The position numbers and the translations under genes were made by a program. Shown piece after piece: positions 26,126 through 39,465 of a stretch of 64,000 bases of DNA. The DNA comes from Eledone cirrhosa (Eukaryota), in NCBI GenBank assembly GCA_964016885.1, contig OZ024743.1, positions 100,068,001 through 100,132,000 on the forward strand, given 5' to 3'. Positions within the stretch are counted from its first letter, which is position 1. Each line of letters opens with the position of its first letter. Under the pieces are notes generated by a model. The model searched no databases, was not told where the DNA came from, and saw only the letters and a program-made list of their open reading frames with translations.

Positions 26126-26859
26126 TATATATATAAATTGATACACACACATACTATATATATAGAGAGAGAGAGATAGATATAGATATAGATATATAGA
26201 TATATATACACACACATGTGTATCAATCTATCTATGAATGTAACTATTTATTTGTCAATCTTTAAATCCATTTATATCTACATCTATATTTATATACCTA
26301 TTGGACTCTCCCTCCCTCTCTCTATCTTTCTCTCTCTGTCTCCCTCGCTCTCTCTCTCTCCCTCTCTCTATCTCTCTATCTATCTATTTAATTACCTATG
26401 TATATGACAAACTTTTCTGTGAATGAATTGTGTTAAGTATGATGTATGACATGACCAATTAACCGACTGTCCTTTTAGTCAAGTGGTGTTACATTTCATT
26501 GAGAGAACCTATACATTACTGAAAGTTCAAAAGAGTAGCAGTAAGAGGATCTTGTTTGGATTCACCTGAGAAAAGCTTGAAAAATGATTTGTCAGCAAAA
26601 TTATGAAATTGGGAAAAATTATAACAAACAGCTGATAAGTAAATATTTCTATCTAAAGTAGAGATCCCTAAACTTTTTAGACCATTGTCTCCCTCATGGG
26701 GTTCTTGGCCCCTCATAGATTCTAGGCATATACAACAATAAATAAGTAAATAAATAAATAGAATATAAAATAGACAATTAACACTAATTAAATATAAATC
26801 AGAAATCTGTATAAGTTGTATTTTATTGGTTATTTTATATATTTCAGGTTGGTGGATTG

Positions 26860-27062
26860 GCAGTATTAGTAGAGTGTTGGATAACAAGCTGAGTGGCATA
26901 GAGTTACAGCCCCTTACGTTCTGAGTTTAAATTCTGCTGAGGTTAGCTTTGCTTTTTATCCTTATGGAGTCAATAAAATAAAGTACCAGTAATGCACTAG
27001 AGTCCATTTAATCGACTTTCCCTTTCCCCAAAATTGCTGGCCTTGTGCCTATATCAGAAACG
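26860..27062 (+). mobile_element. SINE family B copy (other copies near 28650-28812, 33490-33650, 34700-35125, 35478-35595, 61250-61390)
   Basis: Recurrent motif CTGAGTT(C/T)AAATTC..GAGGT..ACTTTGCCTTTCATCC..GTCGATAAAAT.AAGTACCAG..GCTGGCCTTGTGCC. Confidence 0.75.
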
Positions 27063-27343
27063 ATTATTTTATGTATTTTCATTTCTTTAGACAAATGTCA
27101 GGTTTTGACCCAACTCTAATCATCTCCCTGGATAGTCCTATATAAGCCTGGGGTCGATATTTGCATCTTTGGGGACCCCTCATCTCAAACATCCACATTA
27201 ACATACTTCTCAGGTAAACTTCATTAGAACAGGGTTTGTGCTACTATGAGATAGGACAGATTATAATGAGTAATTAGCCATTGATATTGTTGTTGTTGTG
27301 TAGCAGCCAGTCTTTGTTGAGCAGATCTATGACAAATTGTTAA

Positions 27344-27592
27344 CTCTTTCATTACCATATTTCTAATGAAAGACTGCCAATGATTTTCAAATCATTTCAA
27401 AAATAATAAAAAATTTGGAGGAATTTAGTAACTAACTTTTTCATTATTAATCTGTTTTTTTAAACATAACTTAATGAAGGTTCTGACATAAAATCCTGAT
27501 GGAGAGTTTGTAGATAAATATAAACACTTTAAAATAAACAGTTATGTATTGTAAAACCAAAAGTGGTTTTAGGCAGTTTGGTATCAAAAGTG
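27344..27592. mobile_element. TTAA-flanked piggyBac-like MITE, family 1
   Basis: TTAA at 27340 and 27593; imperfect TIRs CTCTTTCATTACC / GGTATCAAAAGTG; homologues at 29535-32047, 34295-34535 and 62539-63214. Confidence 0.75.
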
Positions 27593-27969
27593 TTAAAACG
27601 GTGGAATATATGTTATGCCATGGGGAATTCTCTTTCATCACAGCATAAAATTTGTTCCATTTTGAACTTCTTGAATTACTGTTTTCGAATGACAAGACAC
27701 TCTGTAAGACATCCTGAAGAAATAATCAATGTTTCTGATTATTGTTTATATTTTGGTACATTTTCTTAAGAAATGTTCAGACACCAGAGGAGTCCTTTTC
27801 AGCTTTTCTTATGATACAGATGGGTGACAATATGACTTAGGATTGCTTTTATTTTTGTTTTTAACATCTTAATAGAAAAAATGTATAGTTTTTATTGTTG
27901 CAGTTCATTATCAAATTTTGTTCAATGTTTTTGTAAGTTGGACACATCTGTGAAAAAACTTTGAAGCTA

Positions 27970-28137
27970 CCATATTTCAAGGTGTCGAAGACGCTACTCT
28001 TTTCCTAAAATAAGTCTCAAAAATCTACCATGTGTCCTGGAGGCCGAAGGTTGTTTATTATTTTTTTTCAAATTTTTGGTTGTCAAAATTAGGGTGCGTC
28101 CTCGAGGACAAAGCGTCTTCAGCGCCAGGAAATACGG
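27970..28137. mobile_element. TA-flanked pogo/Tc2-like MITE
   Basis: Imperfect TIRs CC(A/G)TATTTC..GG.G..GAAGACGCT with TA on both sides. Confidence 0.75.
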
Positions 28138-28817
28138 TATATAACTAAAAGATATTTTTATTTCACTACTTCATGTTAAAATCATTTGATATTGCTCATC
28201 CCTCTTTTCTACGACATTCTATTTCAGTCAGCCGTTAACCTCCTTCACTATCAATCTTTTACTATATGATGTGTTTCATTCAAATCTAATGCTACAGCAG
28301 CCAACACATGGATGAGTTAACCATGGAAGATAATCCACCAACTTTATTGACTTACTTCATAAATACACTGAATTGAAGACTGAATTAGAAATATGAATAG
28401 TAATAGCAAATCAAAATATCTGGAATGGATATGTCCCCTTGGTTTGATCGGAAGATCAGCTGTGATGAGATGCCAATGCAGAATATAGCTAGATTCCTCA
28501 GATTCCAATAAATTTGGATTAAACATCACTGCAAAGTCTGACATGCAGTGGGGGGTGCAGTGCAAAAGTCCCAAAACTTTGTATTTCTTCTGCTGTCAAG
28601 TCTATTCTTGCATATTGCAGCATGATAGTTGTCTGTCAGTATCACTTCTGTAAAGGCAGCAAATTGGTTGAGTCGTTAAAGCATTCAATTAAAAGTACTT
28701 CAGTATTTGTTCCAGCTCACTGTGCACTGATATTCAGGCCTACCAAGGTCAACTTTGTCTCTCATCCTTTTCTTGTTCAAAAAATAAAATACCAGTCCAA
28801 TACTGGTGATTGGTTCT

Positions 28818-29030
28818 TCATCATCATCATCATCACCGTTTTACATCCGTTCTTCCACGCTAGCATGGGTTAGACAGGTTTATCCTATTGTGGGCAGTGT
28901 CTGGTTGGCTGACCATGTCTTGCTCATACAGGAACTGATTCTGACTTGATTTCTACAGCTGGATGCCCTTCTTAACACCAACCTCATTTACAGTGAGTGC
29001 TGGGTGCTTTTTTTTCCGTGGTGCCTACAC
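28818..29030 (-). mobile_element. RTE 3' UTR fragment with (GAT)n tail
   Basis: Near-identical to 38184-38400. Confidence 0.85.
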
Positions 29031-29611
29031 AACCTTTATATTATTTTTCTCTCTCATTCTCTGGAAGAAATTAGCTGTGTTCCAGCATGGAGAGGGATGG
29101 GCTCCAGTTTAAAATGTCCAAGATGGTATCCCTATGACTCAGTCAGGAGTCCACCAATCTGGAAATATAAAAGGAAAATAAAATATGTAAAGGTTTAATA
29201 GATGTGATTTCTATCTACCAGTTCATGTATTTTATTGTGAATAGCCAGTAAACTTCTGGCTGTTACATACTTCTCATCACTCAGAAATGTGTACTAGATA
29301 ACCTTAAAATATTACTTGTAATAGACTAATGCTTATTCAATGAGCTTTCTCTTTCCTCCAGTTAATTCCAGTTAATTCTATGAGCCCTGACCCAGCAGTA
29401 ATCCTTAAAAGCTTTCTGGGATTTAAAAGATATTTTTACTTAAATTATACTCTTCGATACTTGGTTATTGTATTAAAATAGAAATTACACAGTATTGTGT
29501 GTTGTTAATATATAAGTTGTTCTTTGATGCTTAAGCCTTTTGATACGAACCCACCTGAAATTACCCCTCAATCTATAATATAAGACTACCTGTTTTAAAG
29601 TGTTCATCATC

Positions 29612-31467
29612 ATTACAACCATGGAATTTACACCTGCAATGCTGCGACGTCACCTAAAAAATAAACGCAACCATGCCTCTCCTGGTCTTGATGGTGTTAC
29701 GTATCTGCTTCTTAAGCGTGGTGGGTACTTCCTTCTACACCAGTTATCACGTTTCTTCCAATTCTGTCTGAACAACAGTGCTACTCCAGAACAGTGGAAA
29801 ACTGCCAGTGTCATTCCTCTGTTCAAAAAGGGCAACTGAACTATCGTCCAGTCAGTCTTACTAGTTGCATCGCCAAACTGATGGAATCCTGTGTCATTCC
29901 TCTGTTCAAAAAGGGTGACCGCACATCACCTGTGAACTATCGTCCAGTCAGTCTTACTAGTTGCATCGCCAAACTGATGGAATCCTGTGTCAGAGAAACA
30001 CTTTGGAACTTCTGGAGCTCTCACAGTCTTATCCGGCCCTCGCAATTTGGATTTATCCCCAACTCCAGCTGCTGTGATCAACTTATAGAGTTTCTTGAGG
30101 ACATCACCCGGATCACTGATGGCGGCTCATGGGTGGATGTTGTTTACCTTGACTTTGCGAAGGCCTTCAATTCTGTGCCACACAAAAGGCTTAAGGCCAA
30201 ACTCTCTGCAATGGGTGTGAAGGATGATCTTTCTAACTGATTGAAGTCCTTCATTCTCAGTCGAAGAGAGGTAGTCATGGTTCTGGGACAGCATTCCTCA
30301 CCATATGAGATGTCATCTGGTGTACCACAGGGATCTGTTCTTGGCCCCCTTTTGTTTGTGGCATATATTAATGACATAGATGCCAACTTAAGGAATGCCA
30401 CAGTACTAAAGTACGCAGACGACATCAAGCTGTACCTTGAGATAAAAAGGACAGATCCTGAACACTATAGATCTTGCTTGCAGTCTGACCTGGACACAAT
30501 GCAACAATGGATCTCAGACTGGCAACTCAAGCTAGCTGTGGACAAGTGCACCACCATGCATTTTGGGAGTAAAAACCCAGTGTCTACATACTCCCTCCAC
30601 AGCACTAATATCAAGAAGTCTTCCTGTGAACGTGACCTGGGAATTACGGTCAGCAGCGATTTGCGTTGGATGAGGCATGTCTCTAAAATTGTCAAGAGGG
30701 CCGAGGGTGTCTTAGCATCACTCAGCAAGACCTTTGTCAGCCGCTCTCCAGATATCTATTTAAGGCTGTATACAGCTATGGTGCGACCACACTTAGAATT
30801 TGCATCACCAGTCTGGAACCCTTACTTGCTCAGAACATTGACCACCTGGAAACTGTTCAGAGACGTGCAACCAAGCGAATACCCTCCATCAGGCATCTAC
30901 CATACTCTGAGCGCCTTGCTTCCCTGGGCATGGATTCATTGACGCTCTGACGCCTGGCAACTGACTTGGTAAACACCCACAAAATTGTTAACCATGTTGC
31001 CAACAACAACCCTGAGTACCTTTTTGATTTCCATGTGTCTAACACACGTGGACATGCCCACAAAATAAGAAAACAGCACAGTTCACATGACTTTCGGAAA
31101 CATTTTTTCACGCTCAGAGTTGCTGAAGCATGGAACAAACTACCTGCATCAGTTGTTAGCTGTCGAGACACTGCATCCTTTAAGGCCTCCATGCTTCCCG
31201 AGATCCGCCAACAATACAGCTAACACATACACACATGTACTTCCCTGACATTTGTGTATTATTCTATGTACTATACATACACCTTTGACGAGTTGTAGTG
31301 CACCTGAGCACTTTACACAATAATTTCATTATTATGTGTATATCATGACTCATGCACTGTTCATTTTCCTAATGTTTGTACATTACCCTATGTACTATAC
31401 ATACACTTTTTGATGAGTTGTAGTGCACCTGAACACTGTACACAATATTTCATTATTATTATTATTA
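29612..31467 (+). mobile_element. CR1-group LINE, 5'-truncated and degenerate, duplicated 3' end, (ATT)n tail
   Basis: SPGLDG, NYRPVSLTS, VYLDFAKAF, GVPQGSVLGP, YADD, VRPHLEFA..W.P; stops and frameshifts present. Confidence 0.92.
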
Positions 31468-31885
31468 TCATCATCATCATCATCACCGTTTTACATCCGT
31501 TCTTCCATGCTAGCATGGGTTAGACGGGTTGTCCTGTTGTGGGCAGTGTCCGGTCAGCTGACCTTGTCTTGCTCATATGGGAATTGATTCTGGCTTGATT
31601 TCTACAGCTGGATGCCCTTCCTAACACCAACCTCATTTACAGTGAGTGCTGGGTGCTTTTTTCCGTGGCGCCTACACGTCTACTTTACAGTGTGGGCTGG
31701 GTGCGTTTTTGCCGTGGCACCTCCACGACCACTTTGCAGTGGGAGGGTGTGGGGCATATTGTCTATATGCTTCAGCTTTGGCTTGTACCTGTGGGGGTTG
31801 GGTCTTCTGTATTACTGCATGACGCCAGAGGTCATGGTCGTCTGTCATCGCCTTTGAGAGGTGTAATTGGGTAAGGTCGGCTTTC
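31468..31885 (-). mobile_element. RTE 3' fragment
   Basis: ADLTQLHLSK..DLWRHAVI plus 3' UTR and (GAT)n; homologous to 38184-38600. Confidence 0.88.
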
Positions 31886-32606
31886 ATATTTATATTAAAA
31901 CCTTTCATCATAATTTTAAGATTTTGTTAAGTAAGATTCCAAACGTGAATGAAAATGTTAGTTATTTTACTAAATTCCTACAATTTTTTTAAAGTTAATT
32001 GAAACTCATTGACAGTGTATTTTATTAGAAATATGGTAAGAAAAGGGTTAACTGCTGTTTATATTCTATGTATATACTGTGTAAACAACAAAATATTGCA
32101 TTAAAAAAAAATTCCCAAAAAGTGAAAAAAAAATTGAAAATCTAGAAGAATGATAAATGATTGATTTGAACAATTACCTTAAGGCAGATGTCTAAACCAG
32201 TTCCGTTCTGTGATGTCACATGTTTAACTAATAAATTATTGTACCACTCATGAACTCAGAACATAAAGATCTGGAACAAATACCACAAAACATCTTGTGC
32301 TCTACCAATTCTGACCATCCACTGCGCTAGAGTGGTACTTGATTTTACTGACCCTCAAAGGTTGAAAAACAGAGTTGACCATGGCAAGATTTGAACTAGG
32401 AATACAGAGACTCAGAACACATATGACACAATCTTTTGTCTTATACTCTAATGACTCTGCCAATGTGCTCCCTTACATAAATTCTACCCCATTTGAGCCA
32501 AAAGGCTTTGGTTGACCTGAATCAAAAGTAGAGGACACATCATGCCCATGGCACTGTATAGTGGGATCAAGCCCAGTACTACATGATTGCAAAGTAAATC
32601 TCTTAA

Positions 32607-32827
32607 TCCTTTAGCATTTAAACCGGCCATATCTGGCCAGAATTTTCTCACCTCTTTCTGTTCAAACTGGCAGTAACTGGTCACTCACACTGACATTAGG
32701 GTATTGTTCTCAAAATAAATAACATCAAAATCTTATAGATTTGATATTATGTGAGATAATTATGTAAGATAAAGCCTTTACCACAAAAATACAATAGTAA
32801 ATATAGAGTAACATAAATGCTAAAGGC
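32607..32827. mobile_element. TTAA-flanked piggyBac-like MITE, family 2
   Basis: TIR CCTTTAGCATTTA / TAAATGCTAAAGG with TTAA at 32603 and 32828; partial copies at 40555-40744, 43279-43452 and ending at 62193. Confidence 0.85.
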
Positions 32828-34294
32828 TTAAACATACACCCAAGCATATTTCATAAACACTTGTGAGAGAAAATCCACCCAAAACTACTTCTGATTCAAT
32901 TAAACAAAACCACCCATTTTGATTAACACCCTGTAATAATTCAGCAGAAAAAATATCTAAAAACTTAGTCTATTAATTCTAATGCTTACAGTAACTATTA
33001 TTATAGCTGTTTCATAGAACCAAGTACAATTCTAATGATTATAGTAACTTTACTAATGGGCAATTTCTTGAGAAAAATTGTAATATTAGACTAAAGACTT
33101 TTTAATGTAATGCAATCATAATATTTTTCAAGAATGGTTTGCTCATGTAGTTTTATGTATTACAAGAGGGTTCCTATTTTGAATTGACATTTCCATCATA
33201 ATTTTCTGTAAGAACCTTTTATTAAGTTATGTTACAAATAATGAAATATTTAATAATTTTAGTAAATCCATCAAAATTCTGCATTAATTGATTGAATACT
33301 GAGCATTTCATTACAAATCGGGTTACGAAAGAGTTGAATAAAACAAGACACAAAATTACCAAAATTAGCTCCAATACAAGAAACTTGTATTGTTGATATA
33401 TTCTTTTATCTTTTAACATGATTCTCTAATTTTTTTATAGAATCTATTTTCTTCAACGATATTTTGTTCTTTTCCAGAATCCTTTCAGAGTCAAAAAAAT
33501 GCTTTGGGTTTATTTAGTGATTTATGTTCGGAATTCAGATTCCACCAAGATTAACTTTGCCTTCTAGGGTCAATAAAATAAAATATCAGTCAAGTACAAG
33601 GAGACAATTTAATCAACTATACCTTTACTTCAAATTTAAAGCCTGTTAGAAATCAATAATGAATATATATATATATGTAATGTATATATATACTTTCTTC
33701 TTCAACAAAGTAGTTATTCAAAGACATATAAATCTTCACCTTTCTACTTTGTACTAGATATTCTGCCAAAATACAGGAAATAACATTCTCGTCTATATTA
33801 CAAAGTCTTTGTTCAGGTAATAATAGTTTCTAAAAATATTCCAATAATGGTTCTTTACCACCCTCTTGACCCAGACATGACATACAAACACCAACCTAGA
33901 TATATCTACCATTATTGAAACACTAATAAAGTTAAAACACTTTTTTTCCAACCAAACTTCACCCTTCTTTCTCATTTTCTTTCCCTCTCTTTTATCTATC
34001 TACCTATTTATCAATCTATATATCTCTTCCTTTCTTTCCCTTTTATCCATATCTGTCATTTTTTCTCTTTCCTTCTGTCCTCTTTTCCTCCCTATCTCTC
34101 ACATTTTATTATCCAAACATTCCAAATTATTCTAACTTCTTTTAAATCACTAAACTCATTTCTCTTAGCTCTCTTAGACAACTGAAGAAAAGTCAAGAAA
34201 AATATGTTTTTTCAAAAGAAACACTTATTTCAGAAAACTATCATTTTTTTATTACATTGAACAATGGGTTGTTGTTTTTTTAATTAGTACATAA

Positions 34295-34535
34295 CATTTT
34301 TTTTATACCAAACCATCTGAAATTTCACTTGGTTCTATGAAAAGGCTATTTATTTTAAAGTGTTTATATTTATCTACAAACCTTCAATCAATTTTATGTG
34401 AGAATTTTTTATGTTCAGCTAACTAATGGAAAAGTTAATTATATTATTTAAAACTCCTCTAAATTCATAACTGTCTTCAAAATCATTTGAAAATAATAGG
34501 CAGCAACTTTCATGAAAACCATAATAATGAAAGGC
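34295..34535. mobile_element. TTAA-MITE family 1 copy (diverged)
   Basis: Colinear with the reverse complement of 27344-27592. Confidence 0.65.
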
Positions 34536-34699
34536 TTAATTTTCTAGGTGGTATTGTAAGCATTGATTTTGTTCTCCCTGGTAATATGGTGACTATAGAT
34601 TAATATATGTTGACACAAGACTTTGTGCAAATATTCAGTCATATTTGGAGTATTTTCCTCATACAACTTGATTGTAATATGAGATGATGCTGTAGGATA

Positions 34700-35690
34700 A
34701 TTGGTAAGCAGAATTGGCAGAGCATTGGATAAAAAGCCAGTGCAGTATTTCTATAACTCTTTACATTTTGAGTTCAAAATCCTACCCAGGACGATAAAAT
34801 GAAGTACCAGTCAGGTATTAGGGTTGCATGCGTGGCTTAGTGGTTAGAGAGTTGGATTTGCAATCATGAGGTTGTGAGTTCAATTCTCAGACTGGGTGAT
34901 GAGTTGTGTCCTTGAGCAAGACACTTTATTTCATGTCGCTCCTTCTGCCAGGAGTTGTGACTAGTAGATAATATCAGCAATAGAAAGTCCAATGGAAACA
35001 TTGATTCCTTGGTCCAACTTGGCAAGTAAATGAGGTCTGGGATCTTGTTGATCGATCAGAGCAAGTGAGCAATCAACTCTTCCCTCCCCCAAAATTTGCT
35101 GGCCTTGTGCTAAATTAGAAATGAATATTAAATGATGCCAATATTATATTCTGCTTTTTGTGTGTCTCCAAAAAGTATTATACTAGTGTTTCAATATAGA
35201 TCCCCACATAATCATCAATATGGGATACAATTCAATAACAGATTTCAGTTAATATTGACTCACTTGTGTTAGTTTAGATTTTCCAATGTTATAGCCTATA
35301 TATTTCAACCTGCTTTCTTTTATCTTGTGAAGGTGCATAGCTTAGTGGTTAGAGAGATGGATTCACATTTTTGAGGTTATAAGTTTGATTCCTGGACTGA
35401 GCAATGCATTATGTCCTTGAACAAGACACTTTATTTCATGTTGCTCCTTCTGCCAGAGGTTGTGACTAGTAGATAATTGTTTCTACTTTAGGCACAAGGC
35501 CAGCAATTATCCCAGTGTATTACTGGTACTTAATTTTATCGACCCCCGTAAGGATGAAAGGCAAAGTTAACCTCGGCGGGATTTGAACTCAGACCTGTGA
35601 CTAGTAGATAATATCAGCAATTGGAAAGACTATGAAAACAGTGTTTCCTTGGTCTGATCTAATGAGTTCCACCCAAACTCAGTAAGCAAA
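34700..35690. mobile_element. Cluster of nested SINEs (CORE-like family A at about 34825 and 35330; family B around and within them)
   Basis: A and B boxes, GTCCTTGAGCAAGACACTTTA; 17-bp TSD TGTGACTAGTAGATAAT at 35461 and 35596. Confidence 0.8.
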
Positions 35691-36627
35691 TGAAGTATCT
35701 CTCTCTCTCTTACCTTCCAGCTCATATTTTACCATCAGACAGTCTTGTAAATGTTTGAGCAGGCCATCATAGGAATCTATCATAGCAATCATGAACCAAT
35801 TACAGAGTGAGCCTTTGTGTATTCATTAGACCTACTAGAAACAACAGCTAAATCTTCCATGTATCACATCACGCCATCTTAAAAAAGTATAGACAAATCA
35901 AATCATGGTTGTATGGTTATTTTTATTCCTCAATCTTGAATAGATGGACACTGACAACATCTTAAAGATAAGGAGTATATCTTCATTCCATTAGACATTA
36001 AAATTAACATCAAGGAACATCCTTCTTACTATGTCACTACCATTTTTATATATCTCTACATAATATCCACATTTAAATGGATAACATGTCTCAAATATAT
36101 TTTGTATGAGATCATTAAGTAATTGTATAATGTTACACTCTATTCTTAACTATTTATACTGTAATCTTAACTAGCAAGATTATCCCAGAAGGTGAAATAA
36201 AATAGCAGCTTCCAAAATATGATATATCTAGAAATCTTGAAATATCTGCCACTCTCTACATTTTTTTATAAATTTTATTTACCTTTCTTTGGTAACACCT
36301 CAGATTCCAGTGCATATTCTCTGTTGAAACTTCAAATTTTGCTTTTAAAAAAAGTGGGGTGGATGTATTTAAATGCTTAATTGAGGTATCCAGTTGAGAA
36401 TTTAAAATTATCTCAGTTATTCAGATAATAAGGAAGAGATTTTAGGTGGAAAAAAAATCAATTAAAGTTTTCAATTTTTCTTTTTGAATCATACAATCAA
36501 CAATTGAATCATACAATCAACAATTGCCAACACATATATATATATGAGTGAGAGAATATGCTCCGAAATCATTAGACATGTCCGTCGAACCTGCGGGTCC
36601 AGAATCAGACAGATCCACACAATGATC

Positions 36628-36665
36628 GCGTCTCGAGCTGTCTGCCGGCGAAACAATTGTAACAC
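36628..36665 (+). ncRNA. Degenerate hammerhead motif followed by AATAAA
   Basis: GCGT CT--CGA GCTG TCTGC CGGC GAAAC AATT GTA ACAC; core lacks 2 nt; lies in a short insert between (TA)n tracts. Confidence 0.45.
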
Positions 36666-36725
36666 ACAATAAATTGAGTTCAGATGCATCACTGATTTTT
36701 CGTTTTCTATTCTATATATATATTT

Positions 36726-37241
36726 TGTTAGAGATGCCTACTGGCTGGAGTAGGTTTTACTATGTATTTAGGTAAGGCGGGTCTTCTCTATTACTGAGTA
36801 CCGCCAAAGGTCTCGGTCCAGTGACATTGTCTTGGAGAGGTGTAAGTGTGTGAGGTCGGAGTTTATCAGCTCGTCCCAGGTTTTTCTAGGTCTGCCTATT
36901 CCGTGGCTACCGTCTATCTTTATTGCCCTGCACTTTGTTATACAGCTATCGACTTTCATGCGCATCACGTGTCCATACCAACGTAGCCTTCTCTCGAGTA
37001 AACAACATCTGATCCCTCTTATTTCTAATTTTTTCCTTAGTTCGTTTATGCCGTTCACGTATATTACTATTACACATCCAGCGGAGCATGCAAGCTTCGT
37101 TCCTCTCTAGTCTGCGTATATCCTCTGCACACAATGCCCAGGTCTCACTGCCATGCAACATTGCTGTTCGTATGCAGGCATCATACAACCTGCCTTTCAT
37201 TTTTAGGGAGAACCCTTTAGCGGCTAATAGTGGTATAAGCT
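36726..37241 (-). mobile_element. RTE LINE fragment
   Basis: Near-identical to 24466-24985. Confidence 0.9.
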
Positions 37242-37330
37242 AATATATATGTGTGTATATATATATGTATATATATATATGTGTGTGTGTATATATATAT
37301 ATACAGATATAGATTTATACATACATAAAC

Positions 37331-37386
<56 letters not shown>

Positions 37387-37475
37387 CTATATATATATAT
37401 GATGATCTGTCTAAAGTGAAACAAATTGTTCTCAGAAATGGTGAATTAACTGTTGTGGAACTACTTCTATATATA

Positions 37476-37942
37476 TCATCATCATCATTATCATCATCGT
37501 TTAACGTCCATCTTCAACGCTTGCATGGGTTTGGACGGGAATTTTCCCACTTGAGGCAAGATTGGTTGTCTTGCTCGTATAGGACTGTCTGGCGGGTTTT
37601 CTACGGCTGGATGCCCTTCCTAACACCAACCATGTTTACAGTGTGGACTGGGAGGTTTTTACCGTGTTACCTACACGGCCACATTATAGCGTGGACTGTG
37701 TGTTTTTTTTTGTTGTGACACCTACACGACCTCATTTGTTTCGGACTGGATGTTGTGGTACCAACATAACTTTACATCAAAAGAGGTGGTGTGGATGGGG
37801 TGGGGTAGTGGGACGAGGGTGTATTTTTGTTAAGAGGTGCCTACTGACTGTAGGTTTCGATTTGTACTTAGGCAAGGCGGGTCTTCTGTATTACTGTGTA
37901 GCGCCAAAGATCTTGGTCCAGTGACATTGTCTTGGAGAGGTG
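37476..37942 (-). mobile_element. RTE 3' UTR fragment with (GAT)n tail
   Basis: Homologous to 24118-24580. Confidence 0.88.
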
Positions 37943-37960
37943 TATATATATACATATATA

Positions 37961-38148
37961 CAGGGTGTCCCCAAAAAATCAGTTCCCATATGAGCAAGAC
38001 AAGGTCACCCGACCTGGCATTGCCCACAACAGGACAACCCGTCTAACCCATGCTAGCATGGAAGAACGGATGTAAAACGGTGATGATGATGATGATGATT
38101 ACCTGTACAGGTAATCAAAGTGTGTATACATTCTTTGGGGACACCTTG
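37961..38148. mobile_element. Tc1/mariner-like MITE in (TA)n with an RTE 3' end inserted inside
   Basis: TIRs CAGGGTGTCCCCAAA / TTTGGGGACACCTTG; plus-strand RTE tail about 37977-38098. Confidence 0.75.
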
Positions 38149-38183
38149 TATATATATATATATATATATATTGTTATATTTAT

Positions 38184-39001
38184 ATCATCATCATCATCAT
38201 CATCACCGTTTTACGTCCGTTCTTCCACGCTAGCATGGGTTAGACGGGTTGTCCTGTTGTGGGCTGTGTCTGGTCGGCTGACCATGCCTTGCTCATACAG
38301 GAACTGATTTGGCTTGATTTCTACAGCTGGATGCCCTTCCTAACACCAACCTCATTTACAGTGAGTGCTGGGTGCTTTTTCATGGCGCCTATACGTCCAC
38401 TTTACAGTGTGGGCTAGGTGCTTTTTTGCCGTGGCACCTCCACGACCACCTTGCAGTGGGGGGTGTGGGGGCATATTGTCTATATGCTTCAGCTTGTACC
38501 CATGGGAGGTCGGGTACTCTGTATTACTGCGTGACGCCAGAGGTCACGGTCGTGTGTCATCACCTTTGAGAGGTGTAATTGGGTAAGGTCGGCTTTTATC
38601 ACCTCATCCCAGGTCATCTTGGGTCTCCCTACTCCGCGGTTTCCATCGACTTCTAGTGCTCTGCACCTTTTTATGCAGCTGTCATCCTTCATACGCATCA
38701 CATGTCCATACCAACGCAACCGCCTCTCCTGCACACAGCATTTGATTCCTCTTATGCTCAATCTCTCTCTCAATTCATTTATGCTTTGTCGTTCGCGTAT
38801 ATTACTATTACACATCCATCGGAGCATGCAGGCTTCGTTTCTCTCTAATCTACGTAAGTCTTCCACCTTCAGTGCCCAGGTTTCACTACCATGCAACATC
38901 ACTGTTCGGATACACGCATCATACAGTCTGCCTTTCATTTTGAGGGAGAAGCCTTTTGCAGCTAGCAGTGGTAGTAGTTCCTTTAACTTCTTCCATCCTG
39001 T
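38184..39001 (-). mobile_element. RTE LINE 3' fragment (second subfamily, long 3' UTR)
   Basis: ORF 38489-38938 with MLHGSETW, RRLRWYGHVMRM and GRPKMTW. Confidence 0.9.
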
Positions 39002-39035
39002 TATATTTATATATATATATATATATTGTTATAGT

Positions 39036-39066
<31 letters not shown>

Positions 39067-39289
39067 ATATTTCTTTTTTAAATCAACCCTTTTTTCGTGT
39101 TTATCATTCATTTTAATAAATCTGAAAACATTGGCCAATTCAAACATTTTCTAAAGTTCGTAAAGATGTATATTTTCAGATAATATTTTTTAAACTCTAT
39201 TTAAGTCATTACACAATGGGTGTCAGAAAGATATCAGATTACTCATAGTCTAAAAGGAAAGCTGTTTAATATTTTGATGGATATATAAG

Positions 39290-39448
39290 TGCAGGCATTG
39301 TTGTGTGGTTAATGAAGTCATTTCACAACCATGTGGTTGCAGGTTCAGTCACATTTTGTTACCACTTTGGCAAGTGTCTTTTACTATAGCTTCATATTGA
39401 CCAATTCCTGGTGAGTGAATTTGGTAGATGGAAACTATGTGAAAGCTG
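39290..39448 (+). mobile_element. Degenerate tRNA-headed SINE
   Basis: GTGTGGTT..GGTTCAGTC..TTGGCAAGTGTCTT. Confidence 0.55.
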
Positions 39449-39465
39449 TTATATATATATATATA

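Larger units (their letters stand above)
29535..32047. mobile_element. TTAA-MITE family 1 copy split by CR1 and RTE insertions (halves about 29535-29605 and 31886-32047)
   Basis: Halves are colinear with the reverse complement of 27344-27592; TTAA at 29531 and 32048. Confidence 0.7.

Noticed and set aside
27091-27213. Possible host exon (polypyrimidine-AG ... CAG|GTAAAC)
   Set aside because: Stops in all three plus-strand frames; a non-coding exon cannot be supported without RNA data
26516-28574. Short ORFs in unique-looking AT-rich DNA as host gene pieces
   Set aside because: No recognisable domain and no consistent splice or phase chain
34825-34900. tRNA genes (also at 35330, 45396, 47232 and 61780)
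   Set aside because: A and B boxes run into SINE bodies without an acceptor stem; these are SINE heads
37400-37435. TGATGA..GAAAC-AAATT-GTT possible truncated hammerhead
   Set aside because: Stem I and the first core base are missing and stem II is weak; not distinguishable from chance
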